DNA of 64,000 nt from Haplodiscus bocki (lineage: Eukaryota), in contig OZ296648.1 in NCBI GenBank assembly GCA_965655095.1, forward strand, positions 142,910,001 to 142,974,000, in the 5' to 3' direction. Shown piece after piece: positions 1 through 12,134 of the stretch; the stretch's first letter is position 1, and every line of letters begins with the position of its first letter. The position numbers were made by a program, and so were the translations under genes. The notes beneath the pieces were generated by a model. The model saw nothing but the letters and a program-made list of their open reading frames with translations. It did no database searches and had not been told where the DNA came from.

Positions 1-329
1 TGAACGCCAGATTCTACAGCTACTAGTCGTCTAACTCCAGAAAGATCTTATGTTCGTACAAAACATACTTATGAAGCAGAAAACTGGGACCTCTCCAAAG
101 CAGTTCTCCATCGACCCACCGAGTGCAGGTACAGTAACAAACTCCTCAGTGCCCAAGACCCATGAGCTGCCACGAGCATCCGCTTCCCAAACTATCCTGT
201 TGGGCGACTCCAAAATTCTTAAATTTTCTGCTTTGGCTTCTGCTCGTATCCCTTGCTAATCCTCTTCAAGTTTTCAGACGCTTCATCCAGCAGTATCGCC
301 GGACACAATTTCCACATTCAACGCCCTGG

Positions 330-973
330 AGAAACAAACAAAAGATGACCTCTCACGTTAGAAGTCACTACTCTCAAGCATACAAAGTGATTACTCCTTT
401 CTGTATGACAAGATTCGCCAACTGGAAGCTGGCTCCAACAATACAATCCTTTGGCGGCTACCATCGGTACGATTCATCTTCGTTTCAGCAAAATCAGCAC
501 ATCGCCAGTCTAAACCTATTGATGATGAGACTACCGGTTACTGGAGTCCTGTTTTCCGAACTCATCCCTATGGCTACAAAATCATCATCCAACTTCACCC
601 TTATGGAATTGGTACTACAGCCGGACAATTTGCAACACTCATCTTCGACTTTTTTTCCTGGGGACTACGATGGTCTTTTACGCTGGCCATTCCGTAAAGT
701 TATTCATCTTAGCCTCAGGGACCAGCTGGACTCACTCAATGCGTGGACGCAAACAATTCAACCGACAAAAGAACCCTTTTTCAGACGACGAACCTCTTCT
801 CCCAAGAACGAAGCTTTCGCTGTTACCTTTACAAATACATCCCACATTCTCAAGTTTTCAGCAAAACTGACGGATACATTGTAAATGACACTTGTTATAT
901 TGAAATATCGTTTTCTGACACAAGTGTGCCCAAATCATCTAATCAAAAACTTCCATTTCCTCCCTTTTCCTAG
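330..973 (+). pseudogene. TRAF-family coiled-coil + MATH (TRAF-C) domain gene, intronless, frameshifted
   Basis: Joining frames across ~650 and ~830 gives LYDKIRQLEAGSNNTILWRLPSV...YWSPVFRTHPYGYKIIIQLHPYGIG...FFPGDYDGLLRWPFRKVIHLSLRDQ...YKYIPHSQVFSKTDGYIVNDTCYIEISF*. The motifs SPxFxT-xxGYK, G(D/E)YDxLLxWPF and YxxxDTxYI are typical of TRAF MATH domains. Confidence 0.88.
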
Positions 974-1930
974 AACCCTCTAATCAATCTTCATCTTCTT
1001 TAATTAGGGTGAGTTATCGCGTTATGACTACCGCTCAAACCTAATGAAAAATCGCAGTTTTATAGTTTTACAATATTGAAAAATTGAAACTAACCTCGAG
1101 GGATTTCAGCCCACAATTCGGAGCTCGAGGTTGCTCAGTTTTTAGATAAACACCGAATATTATCAGTGCAGTTTGTATATTTGTTCATTATACAGGAAAT
1201 ACGAGCTAATTAAAACTACGAAGGAAATGAAGTTGACTTACCCAGCAGGAGTTCCTGAGCTGTTGCAAAGAAATTTTTGGGTACAAACACAACACCCTGG
1301 TGACCCAGGAAATACGAGAGATAATAAGTTGAATATACCGACTATATGGCAGCAAAACTAGAGATTGCGTTTGCGAATAAATATTTGCCGACATTATGGC
1401 GTCAGACGGGAGATTACGAGATTACTCGGGTGGAAGTGCACAATTTGATTATGAAAATTAAGAAAAATTAAATTTTCGAGTTTGCCCAATTTCTACTATC
1501 AGCCCATTGGCCAGTAGGTTTGACATGTAGAACATGCGCCGTTTTCTTATTGGTGGCATGAAAAAAACAGCATGATGCCATTTTAAAGTTTTTTGGCACA
1601 ACTGAAGAACTCTTTTATTCACTCACTCGCTTACCGTCAACAACTTGCTCTTTTCTTTTCTCCTCTTTCTTACTCTTAAAACTTCGAAATTTCTTCTCGC
1701 CTTGCTTTTCTCGATCTTCGAAATTATTCCTAGTCAAATTCTGACTTGGCCGCAAAACGCTCATCAGCGAAAATATTCTAAATCGAATTTTGACTTAGCC
1801 GCAAAACCACAATAATTCTGAAATATCGCCATTCCCCACCTCTTCACGCCGATCAAATGATGCTAAAGCAAACACTGCTATCTGCAGGCGCTCTTTTATT
1901 GGACGATAGTTCGATTGCGCCATAACTGGT

Positions 1931-2335
1931 TATAAATACCCCGGACACTCTCGTTTCGTTCTTTCGCTCTCTACAGTCAACTAGCCTACTTCCCCGAGGC
2001 GAAACTCTCTTCCACTTCAACTTCATCATGAATTGAAACCCAAATCCTCATCATTGAATTCAATCTAAGACAACTTCAAAACTTGTCTTTGCCAAATTCC
2101 CTAAACTCTTCTTCGAAATTATTCCAAGAGAACTTAAAAACTTGTCGTAGCCGCAAATTCTGTTACACAGAGCCAACTTACTTGCTCCCAACTTGCTCGC
2201 CGAATAATTCTACGGGCTGTCGCCCAAATCAGCAACGACACATGACCATCCGGTTTTAAATACCCAGCGCACTTCCATAACATTCTTTCGCTCGCAACAA
2301 TTTACCAGCTCAATTCTACGAGGCGAAACTCTTCT
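1931..2335 (+). repeat. Diverged duplicated TATA module
   Basis: TATAAATACCC...TTCTTTCGCTC...CGAGGCGAAACTCT at ~1931-2010 recurs as TTTAAATACCC...TTCTTTCGCTC...CGAGGCGAAACTCT at ~2256-2335. Confidence 0.75.
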
Positions 2336-2831
2336 CGACCTCCTCCTCAATTCCTAACTTTTCTTAGTCGAATCTTCTTATCACTTCTCAGTGAGCGGAA
2401 CTGAACATCCACGATCGACCAACACCTACGTAAAGAACACGAACTTCAACACGATTCTGCAACTTCATTGATGGTATCAGTGAGTCTCTCATTTCAATTA
2501 CTAGCAGAGTAACTCTCGCTGGCAATTCTTGGCAGATTTTTGCTTTTCAAATCCAGTAAGTTGTATTTCTACTGGTTATTCGAAAATTGTAAGAGTAAAA
2601 GATAAACCCTCTCAACAAATTCCGCATTTGAGATAAAGGGATATAGGAGAAATAGCTCAGTAACCGTGAAAACGGGTGACACTGAGTCTTGGAGAAAAAT
2701 TGAAAAACCAAAAAAATTCAAACCCCTCCAATAAATTCGAGGACTATGTCACGGTTTGTGACAAAAGGGGAACTAAGATCTCTCGACCAGTTACTATGCT
2801 AAGCGAGTACTGAGTCGTTAAATAAAAAGCT

Positions 2832-3072
2832 AAAATACATGAAAGCGCCTCGTCAGTGGATTAAAACTTGACTAAGAGAAGACACTGAGAGAATTGACTT
2901 GGTTAATTGCTTTCATGCATGTTACGACAGTTGTTGACAAAAAACTAAAACGGACAACTTACTGACGTAAAAGTAAAATACATGAAAGCGCCTCGTCAGT
3001 GGATTAACACTTGACTAAAGGAGGACTCTAAGAGACTTGACTTAGTCGACTGCTTATGCATAATACCACAGT
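2832..3072 (+). repeat. Direct repeat with ~140 bp period
   Basis: AAAATACATGAAAGCGCCTCGTCAGTGGATTAA(A/C)ACTTGACTAA occurs at ~2833 and ~2975. Confidence 0.9.
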
Positions 3073-3502
3073 CTAGAGATAAAAGGTGATATCCCGTTCA
3101 ATAACACCGTTTGACTTATGTCACGGCCTGAAGAAACGGGATTTAAGGAAATTGACCCGGTTGACTGCTTTTTGATTTGTTACCGAAGTGTTAGCTAAAC
3201 TGATTACATATAACATAAGAGTAAAACTAAAACGAAACGAAAGGCAAAAACGCTGAGTTAGAAACAACGGATGTAACCATTTGTCCTGGCTCCAAAAGTG
3301 AAAAAGCCAAAAACTTACCTCAACTTAATTATGACAAACATTTTCAGTAAGTTTTGGAAAGATTTGTAAATTTACTGTTATCAATTGCTGTATTCTCATT
3401 TATTCAAATAATAAAAATATCAGCTGAGCTTAATATCTAATTTGATGTATTTCGCTTTATCAAAAACTCCTATGCCTTAAATTTCGAATTTATCATATAA
3501 CT

Positions 3503-3542
3503 TCAAATACTTTGGATATTTGTCAAATACTTTGGATATTTG
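3503..3542. repeat. Perfect 20-bp tandem duplication
   Basis: TCAAATACTTTGGATATTTG x2. Confidence 0.95.
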
Positions 3543-4364
3543 GATGTATACTTTGAAAATTGTAATGCTGGAGGATACTTTTTGCCTGGTGATACTGATT
3601 TTCTGTTAATCGTGGAAGTCTGTTTGAGGAGGATAAATATACAGTAGATAGAAGCCTAATTCTTTGGATTTCGGGGATAGATTTGCTTGTTCCATAGTAC
3701 AGTTGAATGATACAAAATTAATATACTACAGTCGATCTGTGGTTGATATTAGATTCAATTTATAACATTTGGAAGATAGCTGCTGAATTTCAATAATTTG
3801 GATTTCTCAAATCTCAGCCCTAATAATCTAACTCATTCGAAATATCATTTTATCTAGTACACATTGGCATTGTACAAGTTGATTGCCTTTTCCGTATATT
3901 CACCAAATATTTCGCCTCTTATTTCATACTCTTTCTTTGCTTACCAAGTCCTTGCTAGTAGAACTTACGCAACTTTGTTTGCGCGGTTTCGCAAGGCAAA
4001 TTTACGAAGCTAATAACAGTGTAAGCTTTTGAGACTTTCTTATACGATAACGCAGACATATGGCTGCACACGCCGCTCAGCAATATTAGCGAGAACAATA
4101 GCAAATGTTTAATAATAACTTAGTGCACCCGCGACAGAGTATTTCTTTGATGTCAAGTTAGAAAAAGATTTAGACCGATCGAGACTTAGAAATCTCGAGT
4201 GCTGTAACGTTTCTCTCAAAAATTGGTGTTTTTGGATAAGAAGATCAAGGGAAATATTTGATTGTGCGGTTTTTTAATAAGCGGAAGTATTGTTCAAATG
4301 AGCGAAAGATGTCGTTCAAAGAAACTGCTGCGTTAATGAGTGATTTCGAAGTCAAAATTTCTCG

Positions 4365-4630
4365 GAATTACGCCGCTATTTTTGGTATGGTGGCGTAAAC
4401 GCCACTAATACCGCTAAATTTTCAGCAAAATACCGACAACTCCCAGATACTAACAAAGATTGCCGTTAGCGCCCTTAAGGTTCCGGTTGAGTGCCGTCAA
4501 TGCCGCTGTTTTTATGGTTAAACGCCGCGAACGCCGTTATTTTTCCAGTTTTTAGTGGCTTCTGTGGCTGATTTTGACCACCGTTACCGCCCTTTTACCG
4601 GAAAAATCTCAACCAATATTTTAACCCGCG
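4365..4630. repeat. (A/G)CCG(C/T)-rich low-complexity repeat family, also at ~16250-16330, 58040-58200 and 58610-58730
   Basis: Recurrent ACGCCGCT/TACCGCC/GCCGTTA motifs at all four sites. Probably remnants of a non-autonomous DNA transposon. Confidence 0.5.
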
Positions 4631-4739
4631 TTGAACAGTCTTAGTTACGTAATCATTGTCCCACTCTAACATAGCCAAAATGTTTAGCAAGACGAAATTA
4701 ACTAAATGAACGTTAGAGATTCAGATCAACTTAAACAAC

Positions 4740-7700
4740 TTTTATCGTCTTTGATTGATACTATGGAAGAGCAAAAAAATTATATCCCTGGAAAATGAGA
4801 TTGACAAATGAACTAGTGGATGTGCAAAGATTGGAAGAAAAAACAAACCATTTGGAGCAATTTTCCTGGAAAAATTTCCTGATTTTATTTGGATTATCAA
4901 AACCAAACCATCTGGATGCAAGTATGAAACTGGTGCGCATCAGACTGGAGTTGTCATTGTAACCATTGGACTTTGAAGCCTGCAGTTTCTACTCATGCAA
5001 AGTTATTTACAGCCTCTATACCTTAAATTTTCGTATGATAATTAGCAAGAAAATGTCCGACTCAAAGAAGAACCAACAAATGGGCCAACTTAATGGATGA
5101 CCGCCTATTTGAGACAGACATAAACTTTAACATGAGCGTAAGAAAAACAAAAATTTTTTGATGTTCAGCACGGAGGGACAAATGATTGGCAAGTTGAATG
5201 AACGTGAGGCAAAATGGACGTCTTCCACAACAAGCATTTGTCACCAATTTGTAGCAACGTCTAATGTTGCACCTTTATTTCATGGAGCTTGTTGAAACCA
5301 ATAACCCCAATTTATGACAATAAGGTTGATACCCAAAAAGTTCAAAAACGAAAGACTTTAATGGAAAAATTTTTAAACAAGGATTCTAAACAAGCTTACA
5401 AACCATTTGTACTAATTCGTTTGATGGAAAACTTTGTAGGCTATAAATAAAGTACCCAACATATGTAGTGACTATACTAGTGTGGCCACTATATTGATGG
5501 ATGACTTTGACGTATCGTAACATCCAACTAACATCGAAATTTTTTGTCTTTTGTTTCAATCGAAGCATCAGTATGTTATCTCTTTGATAAACTATAAGTA
5601 GCAGGCAACAAATGAGTGAATTGAAAAGATTTATATTTTTTAAAGGAAAAAACATCTCGAATATTCTAACATGAGGTGCTCCTTTCAGAGCTAGAGGAAA
5701 TAAAAAAACAAACCAAAAGTAGTCACATGTTCTGAGACTTGGCTGATAGCAATACCAATCACAAAATTTTGGGCATACACAGCCACCAGCCCAAAGAAAC
5801 GAAATCTTGCAAACGAAAGAACAAAGAGTTAATGTGGTTTCTTAATACTCAGAAGATCTTGAATGTGGTTCAATCGAGATGAGAGAAACATTGATAGAGC
5901 AATAGTTCAAGTAATGTTTTGATGAGAAACCTCCGTAGCTTTTCGCGTGATATATCGGTTGCAATCTCATTCTTTTAACAACATTTTACACAATTTAGAA
6001 AGACGGAATTTTGTTAAGCAAACCAAAAAAGTGGTCTAATTGACATTTGGAAACTTCAATAGTGACTCAACCTTTGAAAGCAAAAAAAGACATACGGTGG
6101 ATATTGAGCATTTAATGGACTCCTTTGATTTCCAGAAACAGAATGGTTTAACTCGAACATTAACAAATTGTCAGCAAAAAGCCATCACCATGTAATTTTG
6201 ATTGAGGAAAGCCAACTGAAACAAAAAAAACTTTTAAAAAGTTTCTTTCTCAAGTTCATAGTTAAATTTCGGTCCAAATGAGTGCTCCAGATGCGGCACT
6301 AGTATCAAACAAAACGTTCAAGGAACTGAAAAGTAAAAGGCCTTGAAGCTTTTGAGTGTATTGGACCAAAAACTTAAATTTATCATGAAGGACAATGCTC
6401 TTGGATTCAAATTACATTCAAATTGATGAACACAAAGGAAAACTATATAACTTTTAACTGGAGAAAACCTGTGTCTCAAACATTCCAGCTTGAGCTGTTG
6501 ATTGCAGAGCTAGGAGAGTAAAAAATCAAAAAAGTACTGGCATCAACCTATAGTTCTTCAGTTCAAATACCATTCTCAAAACCTTGCGCAAAACGGCTAC
6601 CACTCCATAGAATCGAATTCTGGGAAAACATACAAGAAGGACCTATGGCTGCTTTTTGTATTTCAGAAGATCTTCAAAATGAGTCGATCGCGTAAACGAC
6701 AAATATTGAGAGACCAATCGTTCAATGAAAGATCGGACTTGAAACTTCTGTAAAATTTTGCGAGATATTTTGGTGGGAATCTCATAAAACGAAACTGCTT
6801 CTACCCGTTTCACAAAAACGAAACTATTGAATTAAACCGAAATTTGCTTAAATGATATTTGGCAACTTCAGTAATCAATCAATCTCTGAAAGTGAAAACA
6901 GTGTTGAATAAAAGCATTTATTGGCTGCTTTTGATTTCGGAACACAAAATTTTTTAACTTCAATAGTCACACCACATCAACAACTACCTGAACCATGTAA
7001 ATAAAACAGTTAAAACAACGAAAAGTGATCTCCATTCAGTTATTGGAGAATTTGCGGTCCAAATGACAGCTCCAGATGTAGCATTCGGACCAAACAAAAA
7101 GTTTCAAAAAAATGAAAAACTTTGGGCCCTGAGTAGATTTCTATTGGACTTAAAAGTCATCAAGTCTGAAGAAGCGGTGCTCTTGGATTCAACTCAATTC
7201 CCCCTGGCCACCTTTGAGGTCGTTGACAGATTTGCACCAGAAATAAAAACAGATAATTAATCCAAGAGTAAAGCATTCGTTCGGAACAAAAACAGTAGAT
7301 TAATATTCAAAAAATGAACGCTTTTACGATTAAGTAAAGATTCCAACTGGAGAGAACAAATTGAGTTACAAAACACACAAGCTAATGCGACAGCAAAAAT
7401 CCTGAACGCTATGAGAGAGAACAACTATCAAAGATTGGGAGAGAATATTTCAATTGAAGCAGTTTTCACGACACTGAAATCATTTCGGAAACGAACTAAC
7501 AAAGTACTCTCACCATGAAGCATTCTATAATTACTACATTTTGATATTAGCACTTCTTTCGGCAAAAATTCCAATTTATCTGGAAAAACTTCAGCAAAAA
7601 GCTTGTGAAAGAGTGATGGTTTCAATGATGACCAAATTGAAGTAAGTTTAAAGCTCATCTTTTTGATGAAAAGTAAAAAAAGTGGCGGTCAAGATAGTAT

Positions 7701-8900
7701 TGAAAAGTTTCATTTCAAAAATTTGATTGCCAAATTTCAACCTTTCTTTTGCGGAAATTTTCAAATATTTTTTCCGACATGGAGTAGTTTTGAAGAGTCC
7801 GAAGGTTGCAAACGAGATTGCTCTGCATTAAAAGGTGATAAAACTAACCTCAAAAACTAAGGATCCTCAAAAAACTTTTGGTTTCGAAAAAATTTCTCTG
7901 AAGAGTTCGACTAGTTTTTGCCACAGATTCACTCTTCTCTCATCAACGCAGTTAGATTCTGACAGGAACGTTCCTAGGTGCATGCTATTGGCCCACTCAG
8001 TGACTTCATGTGGAAAAAATTTTAGAAAATGTCTAATGGTCAGTCATCATTTCTTGATCTGAAGACAAATCTTTCAACTCCTTCGATCAATCAATACTCC
8101 TACAAATATCCACAATCTCTGTTCTAGACGGCTCAGTTGAAACTTCTGACACTTTTTGCTGTTGAAGATGGCAATTCGTTTAAACCAATGAAAATTTTCC
8201 TAACGCTCTGGCGTAAAAACAGTAATTCCGCCAGGCTCAATAATGGCACCTTTCTTCTCCACCTTCATGTAAATAATTCACAAAAATACTGCAGCAAAAA
8301 GTTCAAGTTGCAAAATTTGCTGATAAGACATCCATAATAAAAACAGGCAAGCGGAATTTAACAAACATGAACCCAGAGTAGCAGCGAAGGTTCAATTTGT
8401 TTTGCTGGAACATCCTCACTTTTAATACTTCCAGAAGTTGAAGAATGAAATATGCCAATGGACAATCAGTTGATTTGGAAGAATCTCCGATAAAATTACT
8501 CCCATCGGATTCATTTCGAAAAAAATACAGGTTCGTATATAAACAATAAATTCAATTTAGGTAATCACATTTCTCATGTAACTGAAAATTGAACAATTTC
8601 TGCCGATCAATGTACAACATTAGACATCTTTAACCTATACCATATGTTCTGATGTTCTACCATGCGTAAGCACAATCAAATATTGTTTATGGATTGCTTA
8701 TATACCGCTTGGCATACAAAAAAGCTGTAATTGTTTGAAAACTGTCAAAGGAGAATTGTCGGATTCATTTCCAACAAGCGAATTTCGTACTTTAAGAGAC
8801 ATAATGGAAAAAAATGCCTTTTTTTAATCTGATTGACGTGTATGTTCTGGAAGTGTTTAATGTGCGTTCCAAGCCATTAAAATTTTTGTCACCCCTTCAC
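4740..8900 (+). mobile_element. Highly decayed L2/CR1-like LINE (ORF1, endonuclease and RT remnants)
   Basis: LEQFSWKNFLILFGL at ~4852 resembles the ORF1 LEQYSRxNNL motif. KSKKSGGQDSI at ~7670 resembles KSPGPDGI. KGDKTNLKN at ~7830. DLxKxFDSI-like at ~8057 and PQxS-like at ~8373. Many stops. Confidence 0.65.
5780..7200 (+). repeat. Diverged tandem duplication (~790-810 bp period) within the LINE relic
   Basis: CAGAAGATCTT at ~5850 and ~6664; CGGTCCAAATGA..GCTCCAGATG at ~6270 and ~7055; TGCTCTTGGATTCAA at ~6396 and ~7178. Confidence 0.8.
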
Positions 8901-10661
8901 TTTTTGCAGCAATTTTGTTAAAATACGAGATTTGCAACCAAAATTAATCAAAAAAAGGTTATTACTAATTTCTTTTTGCAGAAACGTCACGAATTGCAAA
9001 CAGCTTGAAATACTTGGAGAACAGGCTGCAATCGGTAAAGAATCTTGAATTATGAAAAATCTGACAGGAAACCAAATGTTTTTATATTTCATGAAAGAAT
9101 CGAAAAATTGTATGTCATTGACGGCTTGGATTTGGAACACTTCTTCTTTCAAAAAAAACAATTCTTTGAGTATCAAGCTCGAACAATAAAAGGAATCTTC
9201 GTAAGGAACAAAACTATCAACGAACATTATTTTTGCCTTTAATTCGACATTTTCGCTTTATTTTTGATTATACTTAGGACGTTCTGTCTTTGTTAGGGCT
9301 AATAAAACCATTTTCTACCCCAATTGAGTAAGTGACAAGCACTTTTACTTTGTTTAAACTGACATTGTTATTTCCCGCCCAACTTTGCATTTTTCATTAC
9401 GCCAAAATCGAAAGTTCTTATACCGTGCATGCTTTTGAAAATGTCCGGTGTGTGGAAAAATTCGACGTTAGACGGTTTTGATCGTGAATATTTTGAATTA
9501 CCAAATTATCTGAAATTTGCCGTAGATTGCGACTAAAATTGAAAGATTCTAAATATGTACAATTAATAGGTTTTTTGATTTTAAAAAAAATGCAGGGTTT
9601 TTTGAGAAAAAAATTGAATTCTTTCGAAATCGCGAAAATCATTTGCTGTAGAACACGTATCAAATGTTTTTCTTTTCTAAAAGTGAGTTTTTCCGCATGA
9701 AGTGAGGGTTTTTTGCAGAAATCAGAAAAATTTTAGTTTAGAAAAAATCGTCAAAATTTCCTGTCAAGGTTATTTTTCCGAGAAAACGCTTTCATTGTCT
9801 TAAAAGGTATCTTTAGCAAAGTTAGAAGACGGAAGATATGCCAGTGGTGGTCGGCCGTTTTGTTATATCATTCAGTTACATTATATTGATTGATAAATTC
9901 CAAATTCTAACAACCCGAAGATAGTTGGGAACAAGTTTTATGATAGGTCTTGCGGTTTTGCAGCAATAGAACGCATTCGTGATTTTTGAAACACAGTAAA
10001 TAAAACCGCGGATACCAAAGAAGCAACCATGAATCAAGTCCTATAAATTCATTTAGTTTCTGTTTCTGTAAGGTTCTTTGGAAAATCTATTTCGAAGGAG
10101 ATTTCATCTTCAAGAGTTGCTGCCAATTTTCATTTTAAAAGTTTCTGCATTGCTTTCCAAAAAAGGCGTTGATACTCTATTTTTTTCCGAATGCATCATA
10201 GATGTTTAATGAGCAGCAAATTTTTCTCATAAGTCAAGAGTTGCCTGTTTCGGCTGATTTCGAAAGACACTAACACCTGGTGTTAAATGTTGAATTTTTT
10301 TGCAAAAGACTGCAGTTTATTCTGACCGTCATCAATTTCAATATTAATCTTTCAAGTTCGAACCAAAGTTGTTACTCGTTCACAGAAGTTTATTCAAGTA
10401 AGGAAAACTTAAGTATTAATCTGCAATTATTCAACGGATAGCTGAAACCTTTAAATATTGCATTAGTTTAATCGAAATGTTATTTGCCGCCTATATTTCA
10501 GCTAGGAAGGAATAATTTTTTTCGCGGGCTGCTGCCGAAGCTCACCCGCGAAACCTACGGTTAACTCTAACCAGCAAAAAAGACACCCCAAGACTCAGAA
10601 AAAACTCAGACTTTCTAATTTAGTTTGGCAAACTTGCACGTGCATTTCCATTTATAATAGA

Positions 10662-12134
10662 TGTATACTGATCCGTATCATATACGGATCACTTTAATGA
10701 CTGATCCAGATTGGGACAGAACCATTACAGAACAAACGAATAGTCACAAAGTTTTTCCAAACACGAAGTGCTAGTAATAAACTTCTATAAATTATTCAGA
10801 TTAAATCTACCTTTTTGACGGATAAAAATGATTAACTGGAATGAGTGCCATGCTAGTCGAAAATAGTGATGTTTAATAATTGAGCTAAATTAGCAGCGTG
10901 ACTTAATACAGCGTGAAAGACTGCAAGAAGGAATATTTAGTCCGTGTGTGCTCTATCGCTACTAGTCTGGTGACGTCACAAATATTCCAAATACTCAACT
11001 ACGCCGCGGTGTTGTACTGAATACGGAGTGACTCCGTATTCACTCCTAATTCGCCTAATATGAACACTGCTTGAATGACTTTGGCTGACGCTACTACAAG
11101 CTTCGAAAATTCTCTGGAGATTACTAGTTGTGCTACTAGTTTCTCCTCCTCCATGACAATCAAATACTGCCGCACAAATGAAATACTGTAAATGAGATGT
11201 CATAATCACTTTTTACTAATAATAAAATATGAAATTCTTTTTTAATACTAAAGCCATACATTTTTTATTTTTTATTTTTATTCCTCCTGAATAAGGAAAT
11301 CTTTAACTTTTCCCAGTTATGGAATATTTATTATTTCGCTTGTAAATAAAAGACGGTGCGGGATTGAAATTCTTGATGTCCATCCCAGACGGATTAGGTC
11401 CGTCCTCTTTCTCTGGAAAGATAGAAGAGACGCGTCCTATGGGGAAAGAGATGGTGGAAAGGTTGATTATTTCCCACCAGAGTCGAATTTCCGCTTTAAC
11501 TTTTAATAATGTAAGTATTTTTCCCTGTTTGTACCTTGCCTTGGCGTGTGAACAATTATGTTTCCCGCCAAGGAAAAGGTATAAATAAGATAAATGAAAG
11601 TACAGCGGACCACATTATCTGTACTAATGCTGTAATGCTGGCGTATTTCTTGAAAATTTGACTCTCGAATTTTTCCAATTATTTGAAAATATGAATTGTT
11701 AATTCAGTCTTAAAACACTGCTAATTACTTTTCCTTTCTTCAAAAATGGCAACTCTGAGAAAAAAAGAAAGTTAGCAGCCATCAACAGGGATAATCATGA
11801 CGATCATCCTAGGAGTAACCAGGCTAGAAACACAAATTCTCCTGGAATCCACGAAGATTTTATTACTCATGTGTCAGACGAAAATGAGGGCAGAGTGACA
11901 AAGAAACTGTCCCAGGAGTTCAGTGAGACGTAAAGTTGCACTTTGGGTGCCTTATCACAACTAGATGAATTTCTTTTAAACTCACAAGCCTGGGCTCACT
12001 CCGGACCCGTTCCGGAGACATCTCGGAATTTAAGTAGCGAAAACCAGGGAGCGAATGAGGACCGCTCCCAGAATGGTGGGGAGTCTCTTTAAGCCAATCT
12101 TGGCATGATTTAAGCCCAGAAGATACCTCTTACA
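10662..12134 (+). mobile_element. Solo LTR (copy 1) of the Gypsy family at 27.8-41.5 kb
   Basis: TGTA...TACA termini. Collinear with 40048-41531: CTGATCC..ATTGGGAC, GGTGACGTCACAA (10969), CCCGCCAAGGAAA..GGTATAAATA (TATA 11580), then a decayed MATLR..KRKLAA ORF from 11746. No matching TSD seen. Confidence 0.85.
11746..12134 (+). pseudogene. Decayed LTR-encoded ORF (putative Gag N-terminus)
   Basis: MATLR.KRKLAAINRDN...EGRVTKKLSQEFSET*SCTLGALSQLDEFLLN, homologous to ORF 41126. Confidence 0.8.

Larger units (their letters stand above)
1174..3279 (+). mobile_element. Putative long (~2.1 kb) LTR with internal duplications
   Basis: Starts TGTATA and ends ...TGTAACCA. No long ORF. Contains duplicated TATA-bearing modules and other internal repeats. 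No second copy in the window, so the ends are inferred. Confidence 0.45.

Noticed and set aside
162-650. N-terminal part of the 240-aa ORF as a real protein
   Set aside because: The TRAF-like reading is in another frame up to the frameshift near 650.
2472-2480. TGGTATCAG as a Met-tRNA primer-binding site
   Set aside because: It diverges from TGGTATCAGAGC after 9 nt, does not directly follow a CA end, and no gag follows.
9420-9875. Helitron-like 3' end
   Set aside because: GC-rich tail after A/T-run repeats, but no clear hairpin plus CTRR and no second copy in the window.
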